Assembly (NCBI GenBank): GCA_033549025.1
Contig: JAWSUS010000020.1
Coordinates: 1 to 63,124 of the forward strand
Length of the DNA: 63,124 nt
Origin: Desulfuromonadales bacterium
GTDB lineage: Bacteria; Desulfobacterota; Desulfuromonadia; Desulfuromonadales; SZUA-540
Reading direction: 5' to 3'
In this document: positions 27,617 through 38,231 of the stretch, one piece after another
How positions within the stretch are numbered: the first letter of the stretch is position 1
Layout: each line of letters starts with the position of its first letter
Program-made: the position numbers and the translations under genes
Notes under the pieces: generated by a model
The model's input: only the letters and a program-made list of their open reading frames with translations
Told to the model about the DNA's origin: nothing
Database searches by the model: none

Positions 27617-27988
27617 ATGTATCGCCTCACCATTTATACACACTTTTCCGCCGCCCACAATCTGATGCATTACCAGGGTGACTGTGAAAACCTGCACGGC
27701 CACAACTGGAAAGTCGAAGTGACGGTAGCAGCCAAAGAGCTGGACAAAGCCGGTCTGGGAATCGACTTCAAAATCCTCAAAAGGGAAACGAAGAAAGTTT
27801 TGGGCACGCTCGACCACAAATATCTCAACGAACTGGCTCCCTTTATCGACCTGAGCCCCTCTTCGGAGAATATCTCCCGCTTCCTGTTTGAAGAGTTGGG
27901 CAAGGTTCTAAACAGCGAGAACGTCCAGATCGACAAAGTCACCGTCTGGGAGTCTGATAATGCCTGTGCAACCTACTCCAAAGACTGA
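27617..27988 (+). CDS. queD: 6-carboxytetrahydropterin synthase
   Basis: FSAAH, CENLHGHNW, IDF, LDHKYLN, PSSEN, WES. Confidence 0.95.
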   Translation: MYRLTIYTHFSAAHNLMHYQGDCENLHGHNWKVEVTVAAKELDKAGLGIDFKILKRETKKVLGTLDHKYLNELAPFIDLSPSSENISRFLFEELGKVLNSENVQIDKVTVWESDNACATYSKD

Positions 27989-28721
27989 TACTCCCCTGGT
28001 CGAACTCTTCAGTTCGATTCAGGGCGAGGGAATTCTCGTCGGCAAACGCCAGATTTTTATCCGTTTTCCTGGCTGCAATCTCAATTGCGCCTATTGCGAT
28101 ACGGATTTCTCCTCACCTGGTTCCTGCCGGGCCGAAGAGGCGCCAGGCTCCGGGATATTCCGCAACCTGGCCAATCCCGTGTCTCTAGATGTTCTCGCCA
28201 GCATCCTGGCGAACTGGGTACATCTTTTGCCAGGCGTTCACCACTCCATCAGCCTCACGGGAGGCGAGCCCCTGCTGCACAGTGATGTGCTGCAGCAATG
28301 GCTACCTGTCCTGCGAGACATCTGCCCCCTTTTTCTCGAAACGAACGGCACGCTGCCGAGCCACCTTGAGCCGTTGCTCCCCTATCTAGAATGGGTTTCC
28401 ATGGATATCAAGCTGGCCTCCATGACCGGTGCGGACACCCCGTGGAGCCTGCACCGGGACTTCCTCAGCCTGATGGCCCACCACAAAGGCCAGGTGAAGG
28501 CTGTCGTCGGAGAGGAGACCCCCATGGAGGAGATCCTGCAGGCCGCCGGTCTGGTCGAAGAGTGCGCACCGGAATTGCCGCTGATCCTGCAGCCACGCAC
28601 AGAAGGGGGACGAATTTCTCTGACCGGCCGGATGTTGCTCGACATGCAGGCCCGTGCCTCCGTCATCCATAGCGATGTGCGCATTATCCCGCAAACCCAC
28701 CGCTTCATCTCTGTGCTCTGA
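27960..28721 (+). CDS. queE: 7-carboxy-7-deazaguanine synthase (radical SAM)
   Basis: ELFSSIQGEG, FIRF.GCNLNCAYCDT, TGGEP, ETNG, PQTH. Confidence 0.93.
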   Translation: MPVQPTPKTDTPLVELFSSIQGEGILVGKRQIFIRFPGCNLNCAYCDTDFSSPGSCRAEEAPGSGIFRNLANPVSLDVLASILANWVHLLPGVHHSISLTGGEPLLHSDVLQQWLPVLRDICPLFLETNGTLPSHLEPLLPYLEWVSMDIKLASMTGADTPWSLHRDFLSLMAHHKGQVKAVVGEETPMEEILQAAGLVEECAPELPLILQPRTEGGRISLTGRMLLDMQARASVIHSDVRIIPQTHRFISVL

Positions 28722-28751
28722 TTCGCCGGCTCTGTTCCAGGAAGGATTCGC

Positions 28752-29471
28752 ATGATACTCGAACAGTTGACCATGGATGAGTTCGCCCAAGGGCTCCATA
28801 AAACCAGGACGGTTTTGATTCCTTTTGGTTCCACGGAAGAACATGGCAGCCATCTGCCCCTGTCCACCGATACCCTGCAGGCATATGATGTCTGTTGCCG
28901 CTTGGCGCAAAGGCGGCCTCTCTTTGTGGCGCCTCCTGTCCACTACGGCGTCTGCCGCTCGACAGCCAACCATCCCGGCACGGTAAGTATACGCACGTCG
29001 ACCCTCAAAGCCCTGGCCACTGATATCGTCACCTCCCTGTACAGGCAGGGACTGCGCCATTTTGTCTTGCTGACCGGACATGCGGGCGGAACGCACACCT
29101 CGGCCCTGATCGATGCCGGGGAAGAGCTGCTGGAGCGTTTTGCCGATCTTGAAATAGCGGTTCTGACCGAGTATATGCTGGCGGCCAAGGAAGGGCGGGC
29201 GATCATCGAGACGGCGAATGATTCTCACGCCGGCGAGATAGAGACTTCGCGCATGCTGCATGCGCATCCGCATCTGGTCAAAGGGGAGGGCCGGTGTGAG
29301 TACCCGAGTTTCCCCGCCGGCATTTTGGTGCGAGACAAGCAGAAATACTGGCCTGGCGGCGTCTGGGGGGATCCGAGCAAAGCGTCGGCGGAAAAAGGGG
29401 CCCAGATTGAAAAGCTGGTGGTAGATGCCCTGGAGCGGGTCGTCGGTCTGCTGGAAGAGAAGGGACGATAA
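28752..29471 (+). CDS. Creatininase family amidohydrolase
   Basis: PFGSTEEHGSHLPLSTD, GHAGG, HAGEIETS, GVWGDP..AS.EKG. Confidence 0.93.
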   Translation: MILEQLTMDEFAQGLHKTRTVLIPFGSTEEHGSHLPLSTDTLQAYDVCCRLAQRRPLFVAPPVHYGVCRSTANHPGTVSIRTSTLKALATDIVTSLYRQGLRHFVLLTGHAGGTHTSALIDAGEELLERFADLEIAVLTEYMLAAKEGRAIIETANDSHAGEIETSRMLHAHPHLVKGEGRCEYPSFPAGILVRDKQKYWPGGVWGDPSKASAEKGAQIEKLVVDALERVVGLLEEKGR

Positions 29472-29474
29472 GCC

Positions 29475-29669
29475 CTATTTTTTGATGGCGCTGTTCAGTT
29501 CACTGATCAGCGCGTCTGTGTCGACCTGATGGACTTCGGCACCGGATTCGACCGATTCAAGAGAAGCGATCTGGCAGGTGTGGCAGTCCAATCCGAATCG
29601 TTTGAAAACTGCGATTGTTTCAGGATGTTCGCACAATATTTGGCCGATAGTCATTTCCTTGGTGATCAT
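29475..29669 (-). CDS. DUF1858 domain small protein
   Basis: ITKEMTIG..HPE..VF..GLDCHTC...ES...GA.VH. Confidence 0.88.
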   Translation of the reverse strand: MITKEMTIGQILCEHPETIAVFKRFGLDCHTCQIASLESVESGAEVHQVDTDALISELNSAIKK

Positions 29670-29695
29670 CCTGTCCCTTTCTGGGTCCGCACCCG

Positions 29696-30184
29696 TTACC
29701 TGTTGCTGAATTTCTTTTCCAGCGCCTCCTTGACCGCTGCCGGCACGAAGGTGTCGATCGGCCCTTTGAGCGAGGCGACCTCCTTGACGATGGATGAACT
29801 CAGATAACCATAGGGAACCGAAGTCATCATGAAAAGGGTCTCGACTTCTTTCTGCACGGTGTGATTCATCTGGGCAATCTGAAACTCATACTCAAAGTCG
29901 GAGACGGCCCGCAAACCGCGCAGAATCACTTTGGCACCCCGGTTGATGGCGTAATCGACCAGCAACCCCTCGAAGGTGTCGATTTCCAGCCTCGGATTGT
30001 CGCCTACCGTCTGCCGGATCATGTCGATGCGTTCATCGATGGTAAAAAGCGCGTTTTTCTCCGAGTTTCTGGCGACGGCCACAATAAGGCGGTCAAAAAC
30101 CTGCAGCCCGCGGGAAATGATGTCCAGATGGCCATTGGTGATGGGGTCGAAGGAACCGGGATAGATGGCGGTGGGATTCGGCAT
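29696..30184 (-). CDS. coaD: Phosphopantetheine adenylyltransferase
   Basis: YPGSFDPITNGHLDI, RGLRAVSDFEYE, SSSIVKE. Confidence 0.97.
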   Translation of the reverse strand: MPNPTAIYPGSFDPITNGHLDIISRGLQVFDRLIVAVARNSEKNALFTIDERIDMIRQTVGDNPRLEIDTFEGLLVDYAINRGAKVILRGLRAVSDFEYEFQIAQMNHTVQKEVETLFMMTSVPYGYLSSSIVKEVASLKGPIDTFVPAAVKEALEKKFSNR

Positions 30185-30197
30185 GGCAAAAAAAACC

Positions 30198-30761
30198 TTA
30201 CTCAGGCTGGTGGCTAAAAAAGTAAATGGACGTCGACCCGTAGGCTCGCTCCTGAACCTTCGTTAAAGAGCCAAAGTTTTCTGCAACTTCGTCTGATTTG
30301 GCAGCCTCAGCGCAAATAATACCCCGAGGAGATAAACAGTTCAATGCGGAGAGCCTCTCCAGAATGCGATTGACCAGATCCTGTCCATAGGGCGGGTCCA
30401 GGAAGATGACATCGAAAGAGGCCGACTTATTTAAGGATTCCAGTGCCTTGAATGCGTCCAGATGGATCAGGCGCGCCCGGGATTCGAATCCGCAAGCCCG
30501 CAGATTGTTCTGGATCACCTTGGCCGACTGCGCTCCCTGATCGACGAACGTGGCGTGTTCGGCCCCGCGACTCAATGCCTCGATCCCCATGGCCCCGCTG
30601 CCGGCAAAAAGATCCAGAACGGTCTGTCCCTGCCAGGAACCCAGGCGGCTGAACAGGCTGCTGAAAACAGCCTCACGAACGCGGTCGGGCGTCGGTCGAA
30701 TGGTCCCTCCTGTGAAAGAGGCCAGTTTTTTTCCTCTCGCTGTTCCGCCAATTACCCGCAT
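30198..30761 (-). CDS. rsmD: 16S rRNA m2G966 methyltransferase
   Basis: MRVIGG..RG, RPTPDRVREAVF, LDLFAGSG, DPPY. Confidence 0.95.
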   Translation of the reverse strand: MRVIGGTARGKKLASFTGGTIRPTPDRVREAVFSSLFSRLGSWQGQTVLDLFAGSGAMGIEALSRGAEHATFVDQGAQSAKVIQNNLRACGFESRARLIHLDAFKALESLNKSASFDVIFLDPPYGQDLVNRILERLSALNCLSPRGIICAEAAKSDEVAENFGSLTKVQERAYGSTSIYFFSHQPE

Positions 30762-30937
30762 TGAACACTTCGCCTTTCCACCGGACAATCCCCTAAAGGG
30801 GTAAAAACACTGTTCGATTTTCTAGCATGGGGTCGAATCCAGGTCAAGGCCAATGATTCCCAACTCTTGACAACGCCGTGGGCGGGAGAGTTTAATACTG
30901 AGCACATCGTCTTGAAAAATGCCACGAGGAACCTCCA

Positions 30938-32074
30938 ATGAACAACGACAACCTGCTTGCCCCCTATGCGGCCCGAAGTGCGGCCAGTCGCGGACGCAAA
31001 CACGAAGAGCCCTACAAGGATTCCAGGCCGGTCTTCGAGCGCGACCGCGACCGGATCATCCACTGCGCCGCCTTCCGTCGCCTCGAATACAAGACGCAGG
31101 TTTTCGTCAATCACGAAGGGGATTACTACCGAACCCGCTTGACCCATTCGCTGGAGGTGGCCCAGATCGGCCGGGGCATTGCCCGCCGTCTGCATTTGAA
31201 CGAAGATCTGGTGGAAGCTCTGGCCTTGGCCCACGACCTCGGCCACACCCCTTTCGGTCATACGGGAGAAGTGGTATTGAATCGGTTGATGGCCGACCAC
31301 GGTGGGTTCGAACACAACCGCCAGTCCCTGCGCATCGTCGAACTTCTGGAAGAAAGATATCCCGGCTTCGATGGTTTGAACCTCGCCTGGGAAACCCGCG
31401 AGGGCATCATCAAGCATTCGTCCCAGTACGATCACCCCGGACATCCCGAGGACGACGCCTATGAGCCCCACACGCGGCCGACCCTCGAGGCGCAGATCAT
31501 CGATCTGGCCGATGAAATCGCCTACAACAATCACGACATTGACGATGGTCTCAAGGCGGGCTATATCACCCTGGATGAACTGGGCTCCCTCGAGATCTGG
31601 CAGGATATGTCCACCCTGGTATCCCGTAAATATCCCCATCTTCGCGGCGAACGTCTGGCCTACCAGACCATCAGTCATCTGATCGGCCATCTCATCGATG
31701 ACCTGGTGCAGACAACGACTGAAAATTTGAAGGCCCACCACATCGACAGCCGGGAGGCAGTGTGCTCCCACCCGGATTATCTGGTCAGGCTCAGTGCGGA
31801 AACCGCCCGAAAGAACAAACAGCTCAAAACCTTTTTGTATCGCCAGCTGTATCGGCACTACAAGGTCGAGCGCATGCGCATCAAGGCGGAGCGCTTTGTG
31901 ACGCTGCTATTTACCAGCTATCAGGAAAACCCCACGCTGCTGCCCCGGAAGCTGCAGCAGCGTTTCGATGAACATGGCAAGGAGAGGGTGATCTGCGACT
32001 ATATCGCGGGGATGACGGACCGTTCCGCTCTTGACGAGTACAAGCGGCTCTACGAGCCTTACGAAAGGGTGTGA
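30938..32074 (+). CDS. dgt: dGTP triphosphohydrolase
   Basis: FERDRDRI, FRRL..KTQVF, RTRLTHSLEV, HDLGHTPFGH, DYIAGMTD. Confidence 0.96.
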   Translation: MNNDNLLAPYAARSAASRGRKHEEPYKDSRPVFERDRDRIIHCAAFRRLEYKTQVFVNHEGDYYRTRLTHSLEVAQIGRGIARRLHLNEDLVEALALAHDLGHTPFGHTGEVVLNRLMADHGGFEHNRQSLRIVELLEERYPGFDGLNLAWETREGIIKHSSQYDHPGHPEDDAYEPHTRPTLEAQIIDLADEIAYNNHDIDDGLKAGYITLDELGSLEIWQDMSTLVSRKYPHLRGERLAYQTISHLIGHLIDDLVQTTTENLKAHHIDSREAVCSHPDYLVRLSAETARKNKQLKTFLYRQLYRHYKVERMRIKAERFVTLLFTSYQENPTLLPRKLQQRFDEHGKERVICDYIAGMTDRSALDEYKRLYEPYERV

Positions 32075-32080
32075 GGCGGC

Positions 32081-32374
32081 TCAGGGCAGGTCGATTTTCG
32101 GCTCATCGCTGCGGCGATAGAGAAGAATGGTTTTTCCGAGAATCTGGACGACGGCCGCCCCGCAGCGACTGGACAGGAGCTCAGCCACTTCATGGCGCGT
32201 CAGGTCGCAGCCTTCCTGGATTTTGACCTTGATCAGTTCATGCGTGTTCAGCGCCTGGTCGACCGAGCTCAGCAGCGTCTCGCTGATCTCGCTTTTGCCG
32301 ACCATGACAACGGGGTTGAGATGATGTCCGAGGGAGCGGAGGTAACGAACCTGTTTTCCTTTTAAGCTTTCCAT
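32081..32374 (-). CDS. yhbY: Ribosome assembly RNA-binding protein YhbY (CRM domain)
   Basis: YLRSLGHHLNPVV.VGK, HELIKVK, QILG..ILLYR. Confidence 0.95.
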   Translation of the reverse strand: MESLKGKQVRYLRSLGHHLNPVVMVGKSEISETLLSSVDQALNTHELIKVKIQEGCDLTRHEVAELLSSRCGAAVVQILGKTILLYRRSDEPKIDLP

Positions 32375-32500
32375 ACGGGCTTTCCTTGTTTGTTTCGAAA
32401 TGATTGAATACCGTGAACCGCGGATTATATAGACCTATCGGGGTCTTGAGAAGAAAAATCGTGCGTCGGTATGGTTCCACCCTTCCATGAAGAGGTCTCC

Positions 32501-33142
32501 ATGCAGAATGAAGGAGTCATTAAATTCGACCTGGTCTTTGAACCGGGAGCGCCTGCAGGCAGTGAGGTCATCCGTGACATCAACGCCTGGCGGCGCATTT
32601 TCTACCAGCTGCAGCTGATCGGACAGGAGTCGGATCGCTACGGCGGTTACGGTTTCGGCAATATCAGTCAGCGCCTTCCCCCCTATGAGGCGCCAGCTCA
32701 GCACCGCGCCTTCTTGATCAGCGGTACCCAGACCGGCAGCCTGGCCCAGCTTGACGAGAATCACTACACCCAGGTTGTCGCCTACGATTGCGGGCAAAAT
32801 CGCGTGGCGGCCAGGGGACCGGTCAAGCCCTCCTCGGAAGCCTTGACTCACGCCATGCTCTACGATCTGGACGCGGAGCTTCAGTGCGTCATCCACGGCC
32901 ATTCGCCGGACATCTGGCAAAATCGGCATCGACTGCATTTGCCCGTAACCGATGAAGCGGCCGATTACGGCACGCCTGCGATGGCCGAAGAGGTGTCCCG
33001 ACTTTATCAGGATGCCGCTGTACGCGCTGGCGGCATCATCGTCATGGGTGGGCATGAGGACGGCGTCCTGTCCTTTGGACGAACCCTGGCCGAGGCCGGC
33101 TCCATCCTGACCTGCGCCCTGGCCCGGGCGCTGGCCCTGTAA
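32501..33142 (+). CDS. Class II aldolase/adducin family protein
   Basis: GNISQR, ISGTQ, PSSE..TH..LY, IHGHS, YGT, GHEDG. Confidence 0.88.
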   Translation: MQNEGVIKFDLVFEPGAPAGSEVIRDINAWRRIFYQLQLIGQESDRYGGYGFGNISQRLPPYEAPAQHRAFLISGTQTGSLAQLDENHYTQVVAYDCGQNRVAARGPVKPSSEALTHAMLYDLDAELQCVIHGHSPDIWQNRHRLHLPVTDEAADYGTPAMAEEVSRLYQDAAVRAGGIIVMGGHEDGVLSFGRTLAEAGSILTCALARALAL

Positions 33143-33145
33143 ACC

Positions 33146-34240
33146 ATGAAGAAGCGCTCGTATCTTTTCCTCTTGCTCTCTGTCGCCGTGGTGGCCATGC
33201 TGCTCAGTTCGTGCACGGAAATCCCCTATATGGTCCATTGCGCCAAAGGCCACCTCCAGCTTTTGTCCAAGCGGCAACCGGTGGAAAAGGTGCTTAACGA
33301 TCCCGGCTGTCCGCCCCAACTCAAACATCAGCTGGAAACCAGTCAGCTTATTCGGGATTTCGCCAGCCACGAGCTTTTGCTGCCGGATAATGGTAGCTAC
33401 CGCTCCTATGCCGACCTTGAGCGACCCTATGCCGTCTGGAATGTCGTTGCGGCGCCCGAATTCTCGCTGACGCCGGTGCAATGGTGTTTTCCCTTCGCGG
33501 GGTGTGTCTCCTATCGAGGCTATTACACCCAGGAGAAAGCCCGGAGGTTCGCCGAAAAGCTGCAAGAACAGGGGCAGGATGTCTATCTCTACGGGGTGGC
33601 GGCCTACTCGACCTTGAACTGGTTTGACGACCCGCTTCTCAATACCTTCTCCAACGATCCTGCTCCCGACCTGGCAGGTCTTATCTTTCATGAACTGGCT
33701 CACCAGCTTCTGTATGTCAAAGGGGACAGCGCCTTCAATGAAGCCTTTGCCAAGACGGTGGAAAGGGAAGGGGTGCTGCGCTGGCTCGACACCTATGGCA
33801 CCGCGGAGGAACAGACACTGCACGCGCACAGATCCCGGCGGGAAGAAGACTTCCTGGCACTGATAGGGCATACCAGGCAGGAATTGGCGGATCTTTATGG
33901 CGCCGGTCTCCCCGAGGAGGCCATGCGGCAAGGCAAGGAGGACATCCTGAAAACCCTGCGGCTTCGTTACGAGGAGTTGCGCCAGGACTGGGGGGGCTAC
34001 CGGGGATATGACCGCTGGTTCGAGAAAGATCTCAATAATGCCCGCTTTGTTTCCATCGACACCTACCGCCGGTATGTGCCGGCCTTTGAGGCCCTGCTGC
34101 GGCAAAGCGGCGGTGATTTGCCGCAATTCTATGCGTTGAGCCGCAGCCTATCCGAGCTCTCGCAAGCCGACCGGAGTGTTCGTCTGGAGGCCCTGCTCAG
34201 GGAAGCCGGGGAGGGTGAGGTCCTTGCGGCCGTGCCCTAG
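33146..34240 (+). CDS. Zinc-dependent aminopeptidase-like lipoprotein
   Basis: Lipobox LSSC; WCFPFAGCVSYRGY, AYSTL.WFDDP, HELAH..FNE zincin motif. Confidence 0.88.
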   Translation: MKKRSYLFLLLSVAVVAMLLSSCTEIPYMVHCAKGHLQLLSKRQPVEKVLNDPGCPPQLKHQLETSQLIRDFASHELLLPDNGSYRSYADLERPYAVWNVVAAPEFSLTPVQWCFPFAGCVSYRGYYTQEKARRFAEKLQEQGQDVYLYGVAAYSTLNWFDDPLLNTFSNDPAPDLAGLIFHELAHQLLYVKGDSAFNEAFAKTVEREGVLRWLDTYGTAEEQTLHAHRSRREEDFLALIGHTRQELADLYGAGLPEEAMRQGKEDILKTLRLRYEELRQDWGGYRGYDRWFEKDLNNARFVSIDTYRRYVPAFEALLRQSGGDLPQFYALSRSLSELSQADRSVRLEALLREAGEGEVLAAVP

Positions 34241-34260
34241 CGGTCGGTGGCCCCATGGCA

Positions 34261-34306
34261 AACGGCAAATGGCCCGACAGAGAAATCTGCCGGGCCATTT
34301 GCCGTT
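34261..34306. terminator. Long inverted repeat between convergent genes
   Basis: AACGGCAAATGGCCCG..CGGGCCATTTGCCGTT, perfect 16-bp arms, no T run. Confidence 0.65.
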
Positions 34307-34325
34307 CAGAGAATGATTGGCTCGC

Positions 34326-36191
34326 CTATTCCGTGGCGGCGATTTGCGCTTCCACCGCAAAGCGTTTGATTTTTCGTGTGGTTGTTTTGGGGAACTCGTC
34401 TTCGCGCACGGTGAATTTTTTGACCCGCTTGTAATCGGCCAGGCGTTTGCCTGCCTCAAGGACTTCTTCCCGAATCAGCTTTTCAACCTGCTCGGTACTC
34501 ATGGGGGATATGCCCTTTTCGCGGGCGTAATTGTCCACGGCCTCCTGATCGGGGAAGATGCTGGCGTGAACTTCTTCGGCGTTGGCGTCCACCTTGTGTC
34601 CGTACACCATGACCTCGGCGATGTAGGGGCTCTGCAGCAGCTCGTTTTCCACCTCTTCGGGATAGACGTTTTTCCCGTTGGGAGTGACAATCAGGTTTTT
34701 GACCCGTCCACAGATACTCAGATACCCTTCAGCATCAATCTTGCCGAGATCGCCGGTCGCGTACCAGCCCTCTTGTAAGACCTCGTCGGTCGCCGTTGTA
34801 TTCTTAAAATAGCCCTTCATGACGTTGGGGCCTCGTACGACGATTTCACCGACCCCTTCGTCATTGGGTTGGTGGATTTTCACATCAACCCCCTGCAACG
34901 GACGCCCGACCGTGCCGATTCGGGTTTTTCCCGGTGACTCCAGAGAGATGACGGGGGATGTCTCGGTGATGCCATATCCCTGATAGATTTGTATCCCCAG
35001 GTTTTTGAACCCCTGGGCGATGGTCGGGTCGAGGGCCGCGCCGCCGCTGACGAAGATGGTATCACCGCCGAGGCGGGCCCGGACCTTGCTGGCCACCATG
35101 CTCCGGGTCAAGGGCAGGTTGAAGAGCGTTTTGGACAGCGGGTTGCCTTCGACCATTTTGAGGATGCGGTCGTAGAAAAGACGATATACGGCGGGAACGC
35201 CCAGGAAAAAGGTCGGCTTGACCTCGGCCAGATTCTCGCCCAGTTTCTTGAGGGATTCGGCAAAGGAAACCTTGCCGCCGACGGAGAGCGGCAACAGCAC
35301 GCCGCACACCTGCTCGAAGACATGGTTGATGGGCAGAAAGGAGAGGGTGTGGATGGTGCTGTCGAGACCGAAGGCGGTCTGCAGGGCGAGGATATTGGAG
35401 ACAACGTTCCCATGGCAGAGCATGGCGCCCTTGGAGCGCCCCGTGGTACCTGAGGTATAGAGGATGACGGCGATATCGTCAGCCTGCCGTGGCGAGGGCT
35501 CGGGAACCATATCGACCAGAAGCTCGTCAAAGGTGAGCAGTTTGCCTTTTTTGAGCAGGTGCTGCTTGATATGGCTCAGGGGAGAGAAAATGTCGATCTT
35601 CGATGACACCTTGCTTTCCTCGGCCCGATTGCTGGTCAGGGCCTGATGGGCCCGGTTGGCGAGCGCCTCAAGAGCCGCCTTCTTGTCGCCGGGCAGGTTG
35701 AATTCTTCCGACAGGGTTCTCCACTCCTGCACCAGAGCGTCCACCGCCGCCAGGGCATCGCGGTTCGGCAGAAACTTGTCCGCACTGGCATCAATAAGGA
35801 CGATTTGTTCGAGGTGAGGCAAATCGAGTTTCAGATCGAGCAGCATATCGAGGTACGACTGTGACGTGAAGATCAGCTTCGCCTCGCAGTCGGAAAGGAT
35901 ATGTTTCAGTTCGGAAGATTTCAGTTCTTTATCGACCGGAACGGCGACGCCGCCGGCCTTGAGGATTCCCAGGTAGGAGCAGACCCATTGGGGTGAGGAA
36001 GGCGCCAGCAGGGCGGCGTGAAACCCGGCCTTCATGCCTTGTTTCTGCAGGCCGGCGGCCACCTGGCTGCTGAAATCAAGGAGTTGGGCATGGGTCGTTT
36101 CCTGCCAGGTGCCGGCCACCTTCTGGCGAAGGGCGACATTCTTGGAGTATTTTCGGCAACTGTAATCAAAAAGTGTATTAACGGTATCCAC
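34326..36191 (-). CDS. Long-chain fatty acid--CoA ligase (AMP-binding)
   Basis: YTSGTTGRSKG, GYGITET, TGDLG, GRVKNLI..GKNVYPEE, KIKR; GTG start after AAGGAG. Confidence 0.93.
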   Translation of the reverse strand: MDTVNTLFDYSCRKYSKNVALRQKVAGTWQETTHAQLLDFSSQVAAGLQKQGMKAGFHAALLAPSSPQWVCSYLGILKAGGVAVPVDKELKSSELKHILSDCEAKLIFTSQSYLDMLLDLKLDLPHLEQIVLIDASADKFLPNRDALAAVDALVQEWRTLSEEFNLPGDKKAALEALANRAHQALTSNRAEESKVSSKIDIFSPLSHIKQHLLKKGKLLTFDELLVDMVPEPSPRQADDIAVILYTSGTTGRSKGAMLCHGNVVSNILALQTAFGLDSTIHTLSFLPINHVFEQVCGVLLPLSVGGKVSFAESLKKLGENLAEVKPTFFLGVPAVYRLFYDRILKMVEGNPLSKTLFNLPLTRSMVASKVRARLGGDTIFVSGGAALDPTIAQGFKNLGIQIYQGYGITETSPVISLESPGKTRIGTVGRPLQGVDVKIHQPNDEGVGEIVVRGPNVMKGYFKNTTATDEVLQEGWYATGDLGKIDAEGYLSICGRVKNLIVTPNGKNVYPEEVENELLQSPYIAEVMVYGHKVDANAEEVHASIFPDQEAVDNYAREKGISPMSTEQVEKLIREEVLEAGKRLADYKRVKKFTVREDEFPKTTTRKIKRFAVEAQIAATE

Positions 36192-36425
36192 AAAAAACTC
36201 CTTTTGGCGAACTGGGCGAGGGAAGACCCTGATTTTCCATGGGTCGAAAGGAATTAATCTTAGCGTTGGCCTCCCGGATAAATCAAGAAAAAACCCGTAT
36301 ACGGTTACGAACACCCTGGCCTGGGCAAGCACCTGATCCCGGGGTTTTGTCCTTTACAAACCTAGAAATAATCTATATTTTATTCGTTTGCGAAAAAGAC
36401 AAAACAAGGACAGCTTCGGAGACTT

Positions 36426-38225
36426 ATGAACAAAGAGTTGATTCGAAATTTCTCCATAATCGCCCACATCGACCACGGCAAATCCACCCTGGCCGACCGG
36501 CTGCTTGAAGAGACAGGCACCCTCAGTGCCCGGGAAAAAACGGCCCAGTTCCTCGACAAGATGGACCTGGAAAGGGAGCGGGGGATCACCATTAAGGCCC
36601 AGGCCGTACGGCTGAAGTACAGGGCGGCGGATGGCAAGGATTATATTCTCAACCTGATCGACACCCCCGGTCACGTCGATTTTACCTACGAAGTCAGCCG
36701 CTCCCTGTCCGCCTGCGAGGGCGCCCTGCTGGTCGTGGACGCCTCCCAGGGCGTCGAGGCCCAGACTCTGGCCAATGTCTATCTGGCCATCGATCAAAAC
36801 CTCGAAGTTTTTCCCGTGCTCAACAAAATCGATCTGCCCAGCGCCGAACCCGAGCGGGTCAAGGAGGAAATTGAGGAAATCATCGGCCTCGACACCCGCG
36901 ATGCGGTGGGAGCCAGTGCCAAGGAAGGGATCGGCATCCAGGAGATTCTGGAGCAGATTGTTCAAAAAATACCGCCGCCCAGCGGCGACGAGACAGCCCC
37001 CCTCAAGGCCCTGATTTTCGACTCCTGGTACGATTCCTACCAGGGGGTCATCATTCTCGTCCGCGTCATGGAGGGGACCCTGAAAAAGGGGGACAAGATC
37101 CAGCTCATGTCGAACCGCAAGAGCTACGAGATCCTCAAACTCGGAGTCTTTTCGCCGCATCCTTTGGAAATGCAATCCCTGTCGGCGGGTGAGGTCGGCT
37201 TTATGATCGCCGGTATCAAGGTGGTACAGGACGCCAAGGTCGGCGATACCGTCACCCACCTGCACCAGCCGGCGGCCGCGCCCCTGCCTGGCTTCAAGGA
37301 AGTCAAGCCCATGGTCTTTTCGGGCCTCTACCCGATCGATACGGCCGATTACGACCTGCTGCGGGACGCCCTGGAAAAACTTCGTCTCAACGACTCCTCC
37401 TTCTCCTTCGAGCCGGAAAATTCTCTCGCTCTGGGTTTCGGCTTTCGCTGCGGCTTCCTCGGGCTGCTCCACATGGAGATCATCCAGGAGCGCCTCGAAC
37501 GCGAGTTCGGCGTCGACCTGATCACCACGGCGCCAACCGTCGTCTATAAGGTGACAACGGTCAAGGGCGATCTTCTCCGGGTCGAGAGTGCCAACAAGCT
37601 GCCCGAGGTTCAGCATATCCAGACCATCGAGGAACCCTTTATTCTGGCCTCGATCCACGTTCCCAATGAGTTTGTCGGGACTGTGCTGGCCCTGTGTGAA
37701 GAGAAAAGGGGAGTCCAGCGCGAAATCAAGTACCTGACCGCCAACCGCGTCATGGTGGTTTACGAACTGCCCCTCAATGAAATCGTTCTCGATTTTTACG
37801 ACCGCCTCAAGTCCATTACCCGCGGCTATGCTTCCTTCGACTATGAGCACCTCGACTATCGGGAAAGCAAACTGGTGCGCCTCAACGTTCTGATCAACGG
37901 GGAACCCGTCGACGCGCTGTCCCTCATTGTCCACCAGGACAAGGCCCAGTCGCGCGGGCGCGAACTGGCCGCCAAAATGAAGGAATTCATCCCGCGTCAG
38001 CAGTACGAAGTGGCCATACAGGCCGCCATCGGCAATAAGGTTGTGGCCCGGGAAACCGTCAAGGCTCTGCGGAAAGACGTTACCGCCAAATGTTATGGCG
38101 GCGATATCACCAGGAAGCGGAAGCTTCTGGAGAAACAGAAAGAAGGCAAAAAGAGGATGAAACAGGTGGGCAGCGTCGAGTTGCCCCAGGAAGCCTTCCT
38201 GGCCATTCTGAAAGTGAAAGAGTAA
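36426..38225 (+). CDS. lepA: Elongation factor 4
   Basis: [46 protein letters not shown]. Confidence 0.99.
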   Translation: MNKELIRNFSIIAHIDHGKSTLADRLLEETGTLSAREKTAQFLDKMDLERERGITIKAQAVRLKYRAADGKDYILNLIDTPGHVDFTYEVSRSLSACEGALLVVDASQGVEAQTLANVYLAIDQNLEVFPVLNKIDLPSAEPERVKEEIEEIIGLDTRDAVGASAKEGIGIQEILEQIVQKIPPPSGDETAPLKALIFDSWYDSYQGVIILVRVMEGTLKKGDKIQLMSNRKSYEILKLGVFSPHPLEMQSLSAGEVGFMIAGIKVVQDAKVGDTVTHLHQPAAAPLPGFKEVKPMVFSGLYPIDTADYDLLRDALEKLRLNDSSFSFEPENSLALGFGFRCGFLGLLHMEIIQERLEREFGVDLITTAPTVVYKVTTVKGDLLRVESANKLPEVQHIQTIEEPFILASIHVPNEFVGTVLALCEEKRGVQREIKYLTANRVMVVYELPLNEIVLDFYDRLKSITRGYASFDYEHLDYRESKLVRLNVLINGEPVDALSLIVHQDKAQSRGRELAAKMKEFIPRQQYEVAIQAAIGNKVVARETVKALRKDVTAKCYGGDITRKRKLLEKQKEGKKRMKQVGSVELPQEAFLAILKVKE

Positions 38226-38231
38226 ATAGAC

